DNA of 64,000 nt from Blepharisma stoltei ATCC 30299. Taxonomy: Eukaryota > Protista > Ciliophora. The translations under genes and the position numbers were made by a program. This document shows positions 61,089 to 64,000 of this stretch, piece after piece (position 1 is the first letter of the stretch; each line of letters opens with the position of its first letter). The stretch is from the NCBI GenBank assembly GCA_965603825.1, contig CBFDEM010000029.1:186001-250000 (forward strand), given 5' to 3'. The notes under the pieces are model-generated. The model had not been told where the DNA came from. It made no database searches and was given only the letters and a program-made list of their open reading frames with translations.

Positions 61089-63116
61089 ATGGAAGAAAGT
61101 GATGCGCTTTCAGATTCTTCTTTTCAAGAAGCCGACACTAATCTCAGTAAAAACCAAAATTTCTGGAATTTTTGTTGCAAAAAGAGCCAAATTGATAACT
61201 CTGAAGAAGCCCGCATTGAACGAGCATGTGAGCGCTGAAGAAAAGTCATTAGATTTCGAGGCATTGTTTCTTCGATTAATATGTAAAAAATATCTAGTGT
61301 AAAACAGCAAACAAAAGACGCAGAAAATGATTATTACCATGGATCCACCTCAGAAGTAAAAGATTCAGGGAAAATTAAGAAAAAATCATGAATTATTTAT
61401 TCAGGCAGTAAGAGGAAAAAGGTTTTTGACTTTTTACTTTCTTTTGTATATTTATATTTTTGTTTTGAAGGCCCTTATAGAGTCTTTTTTTACTCAGATG
61501 ACGATAATGAGAATCCTATTGATTATGATTTGGCTTTAGACGCAATTGTCTTTGTTGATATTATTTTGAGATTTTTTACAGCTTATAAATCAGGTGCAGT
61601 TGTAGTTGATGACCATAAGAGAATTGCAAAAAAATATATAAAAGGACTGTTTTTAATAGATATTTTATCTACTATTCCATTTTATTTAGCTACACATTGG
61701 CTTATGTGGCTAAAATTAGGAAGAATTTTCAGGATTGGCAGCATTACGACATGGATTGAAAAATCAACCGCCCGGACAGAAAATGACAACGGCTGGCTTA
61801 CATTAAACTTCGCTTTGAGAACTCAAGTTACCAGAATTTTGAAATTTTTATTATATTTGTCATGCATTTGCCACTATATTGCCTGCATCTGGTATTTTAT
61901 TGCAAAATCAGAGTCAGATGATTTAACTAAAACTTGGATTAAAGAAAACGGCCTTAATAGAAACCAGCTATATGAGACTTCATTGTATTTCACATTAGTC
62001 GTCTTCTCTACAACTGGGTATGGAGACTATTATCCCAGAACTTATGCAGAAACTGTTTTTATGATGATTGTGCAGATTTTAGGTATATTGATGTATGCAT
62101 ATTTTATTGGAAATGTCAGCAGCCTTATAGCGAGTCTAAAAAGCAACGAAGATTCCATACACCAAAAAGAGCATCAGCTTGATAAATGGCTATTTTTATT
62201 AGGCAAAAATAAAAATCAAAAAAATATTTCTCCTGATATGCAGAACACAGTAAGAAAATATTTCTCATTTATTTGGAAATATGATAACTCAGCTATTGTG
62301 AGAGATTCTGAATTTATGATGAGGCTGCCATATAAGCTTAGAAAAGCTTTAATAAAACATTTGTTTACTGGGGATGTCAAAAGATATGAAGCATTTTTTT
62401 ATGGTTGCCCTGAAGAGTTTTGTTATCATATGGCTTTGAATATGTATCCGAGGCGGTATGAAAGTATGGAAGAAATTATATATGCGAACACAGCTGTAAG
62501 CGAGGTGTATTTTATTCATTCTGGTACAATTTTACTTGGAACTCTACATGGGGTTCAGCTTTTTTTGAAACTGTCCCCGCGAAGTTATTTCGGAGATGAA
62601 TATATTATTTTTAAGTCTAAACCAAGAATGTCTTATTTGGCAGATATGAACGGATGTGAGCTGCTGTGTGTGTCTAAAGATATCTTTGAGAAATTTTTAA
62701 AAAAATATCCTCAAGCTTTTACTGTGCTTAGTAGAAGAGCTTACAAGAGAGGCTTATATTTTAATGCAATTATGTCTGCTGAAACGAAAAAACGAGATAG
62801 CTTTGTAATACAATCTGAGTCTGATCAAGATAACGGTGATATTTTTCAAAAAATGAAGAGATCGGGGACATCGGTTTTAACTAACTTTGATGAAAATTTT
62901 GATAGCTTGAATGATGAAGAAATGCAAGGTATGAGAGATGCGCTTAATGATATTGAGCTACTAGAAAATGGCCCGAAAAATAAAGTCATTGAAAAAATGG
63001 AAGATTCAATCCAGCAATTGAAAGATTTGAAAATTGAGATGGATGAGCTCAATGAAAGCTTAAAATTGTTGGAAGATGATTATGAGGCAAAAATAGAGGC
63101 ATTATCTGGGTCTTAA
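61089..63116 (+). CDS. Voltage-gated K+ channel with a cyclic-nucleotide-binding domain (EAG/KCNH-like), one intron
   Basis: Pore STTGYGD, HYIACIW, C-linker LPYKLR, SYFGDE; N-terminus joined through TGA codons and intron 61283-61297. Confidence 0.9.
61283..61297 (+). other. 15-nt intron (gtaaaaaatatctag)
   Basis: A at position 10; removes an in-frame TAA. Confidence 0.82.
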
Positions 63117-63227
63117 TCTGCTGATTAAGTAGAATAAAATATTTCTTTGTATTTTTGGAATAAATTAATATGTAATAAAAGCAAAATGAGCTTTAAAATT
63201 CAAAAACAATTAATTTCCATAATAAAC

Positions 63228-63734
63228 TTAATTTTCTGCTTCACTTGCCTCATTTTCTTTTGCCCATGCTTTTCTGAACTCTTTAAACCTCAGAAACCCT
63301 TGATGCTGCCTATAATTTTTTTTGAGTTCACTTAACTCATTACTCATTCTTTTTGAAAGCATCAATATAAACTGTAAAAATGCGCAGCAAAAGACACAAG
63401 TGATAGCATTAAGTATAAATACCAATAAAATTTTAGTATCATCTTCTAAACCATCATTATCTTCTCCAGAATCATCATTACTTAGCTGCATAAAATTTGT
63501 GTCTAATTCATCTTGAGTATTTTCAATATTAAATAAACTTGTGGATAGATCGTTTTTTACGTTATTATCCAACTTATCTTTATTTTCCAAAAAAATAGCA
63601 TTTGATTGTTGATTATTTTGGTCAATATTTTCAAGTTTTCCTGTATGCTTAAATTGCAAAAAGATTTCAGGATTAACGCTTCTTCTGATAGCAAAAATTG
63701 TGGACAAGAGATAAAGAAGAATAATGATTTTCAT
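63228..63734 (-). CDS. Hypothetical single-pass membrane protein with a signal peptide
   Basis: MKIIILLYLLSTIFA; one TM helix ILLVFILNAITCVFCCAFLQFILML. Confidence 0.7.
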   Translation of the reverse strand: MKIIILLYLLSTIFAIRRSVNPEIFLQFKHTGKLENIDQNNQQSNAIFLENKDKLDNNVKNDLSTSLFNIENTQDELDTNFMQLSNDDSGEDNDGLEDDTKILLVFILNAITCVFCCAFLQFILMLSKRMSNELSELKKNYRQHQGFLRFKEFRKAWAKENEASEAEN

Positions 63735-64000
63735 ATGCCTAAATTATCCGTTTTGAAAAAATTGAGCGATTAAGTAAATATGGAAGTAATTTAGTTGATC
63801 TGCTGGGATACTCACTGATGTCACTACACAATTATATATTTTCAAGATAAGAAGCTCGGTGGTTGATACAGAGAAAGTTGGCCTACTCTAAACATGTGAT
63901 AATCGAAATTAGATCTTTTAAAAAAATCTTTGGCTGCCTCAAAGAGTGTCGAGATCATTAAGTTTAGTATATAATCACCAAAAAAGTGAAAATAAAAAAA

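Noticed and set aside
2095-63116. Reading the fragmented ORFs as pseudogenes, frameshifts or selenoproteins
   Set aside because: The fragments stay in frame, and the interruptions are TGA at Trp sites or 15-nt introns; the TGAs do not align with catalytic Cys positions
436-63516. Numerous short antisense or alternate-frame ORFs in the track (e.g. 1459-1737, 12709-13098, 20259-20663, 44616-44981, 49273-49539, 52230-52544)
   Set aside because: They are shadow ORFs of real genes, rich in Ser/Phe/Leu/Ile, mostly with TTG/GTG starts; those repeated in the GH16 copies just reflect the duplication
1-64000. tRNA, rRNA, telomeric repeats, transposase ORFs
   Set aside because: None recognised by eye on either strand; small RNA genes cannot be excluded without covariance-model searches

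Overview
Gene-dense, AT-rich eukaryotic DNA, most likely the macronuclear genome of a heterotrich ciliate of the Blepharisma type. Two properties, both visible in the sequence, explain why the supplied ORF track is fragmented. (1) In-frame TGA falls at invariant Trp positions (ARL8 WDLGGQ, PKA VDWW, P4-ATPase KVWMLTGD, Myb repeats), so UGA=Trp while TAA/TAG are stops. (2) Nine 15-nt spliceosomal introns (GTA...A at position 10...YAG) restore conserved motifs when removed. Re-read this way, the window holds about 38 genes. They include WRAP73, ARL8, a b5-fused desaturase with degenerate His boxes, importin-5, VPS16, PKA-C, two mitochondrial carriers, SNRNP27, WDR31-like, a P4-ATPase, a tesmin/CXC protein, BCKDHA, PDI-like, HOOK-like, TTC16/TTC29-like, V-ATPase G, a ~1600-aa polytopic membrane protein with a p25alpha-like insert, four tandem GH16 beta-1,3-glucanases, VDAC, a Myb factor and a CNBD K+ channel. 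The most unusual observations are: extremely short intergenic spacers (9 bp between divergent ATGs, 12-22 bp elsewhere); a GH16 array in which every paralog carries exactly one UGA; a perfect GC-rich 25-bp-arm hairpin and a triple E2F-like repeat inside that array; a candidate TEBP-beta/TPP1-like OB-fold gene; and a possible terminal UGA in the flippase. All family assignments come from motif recognition by eye, not from database searches.
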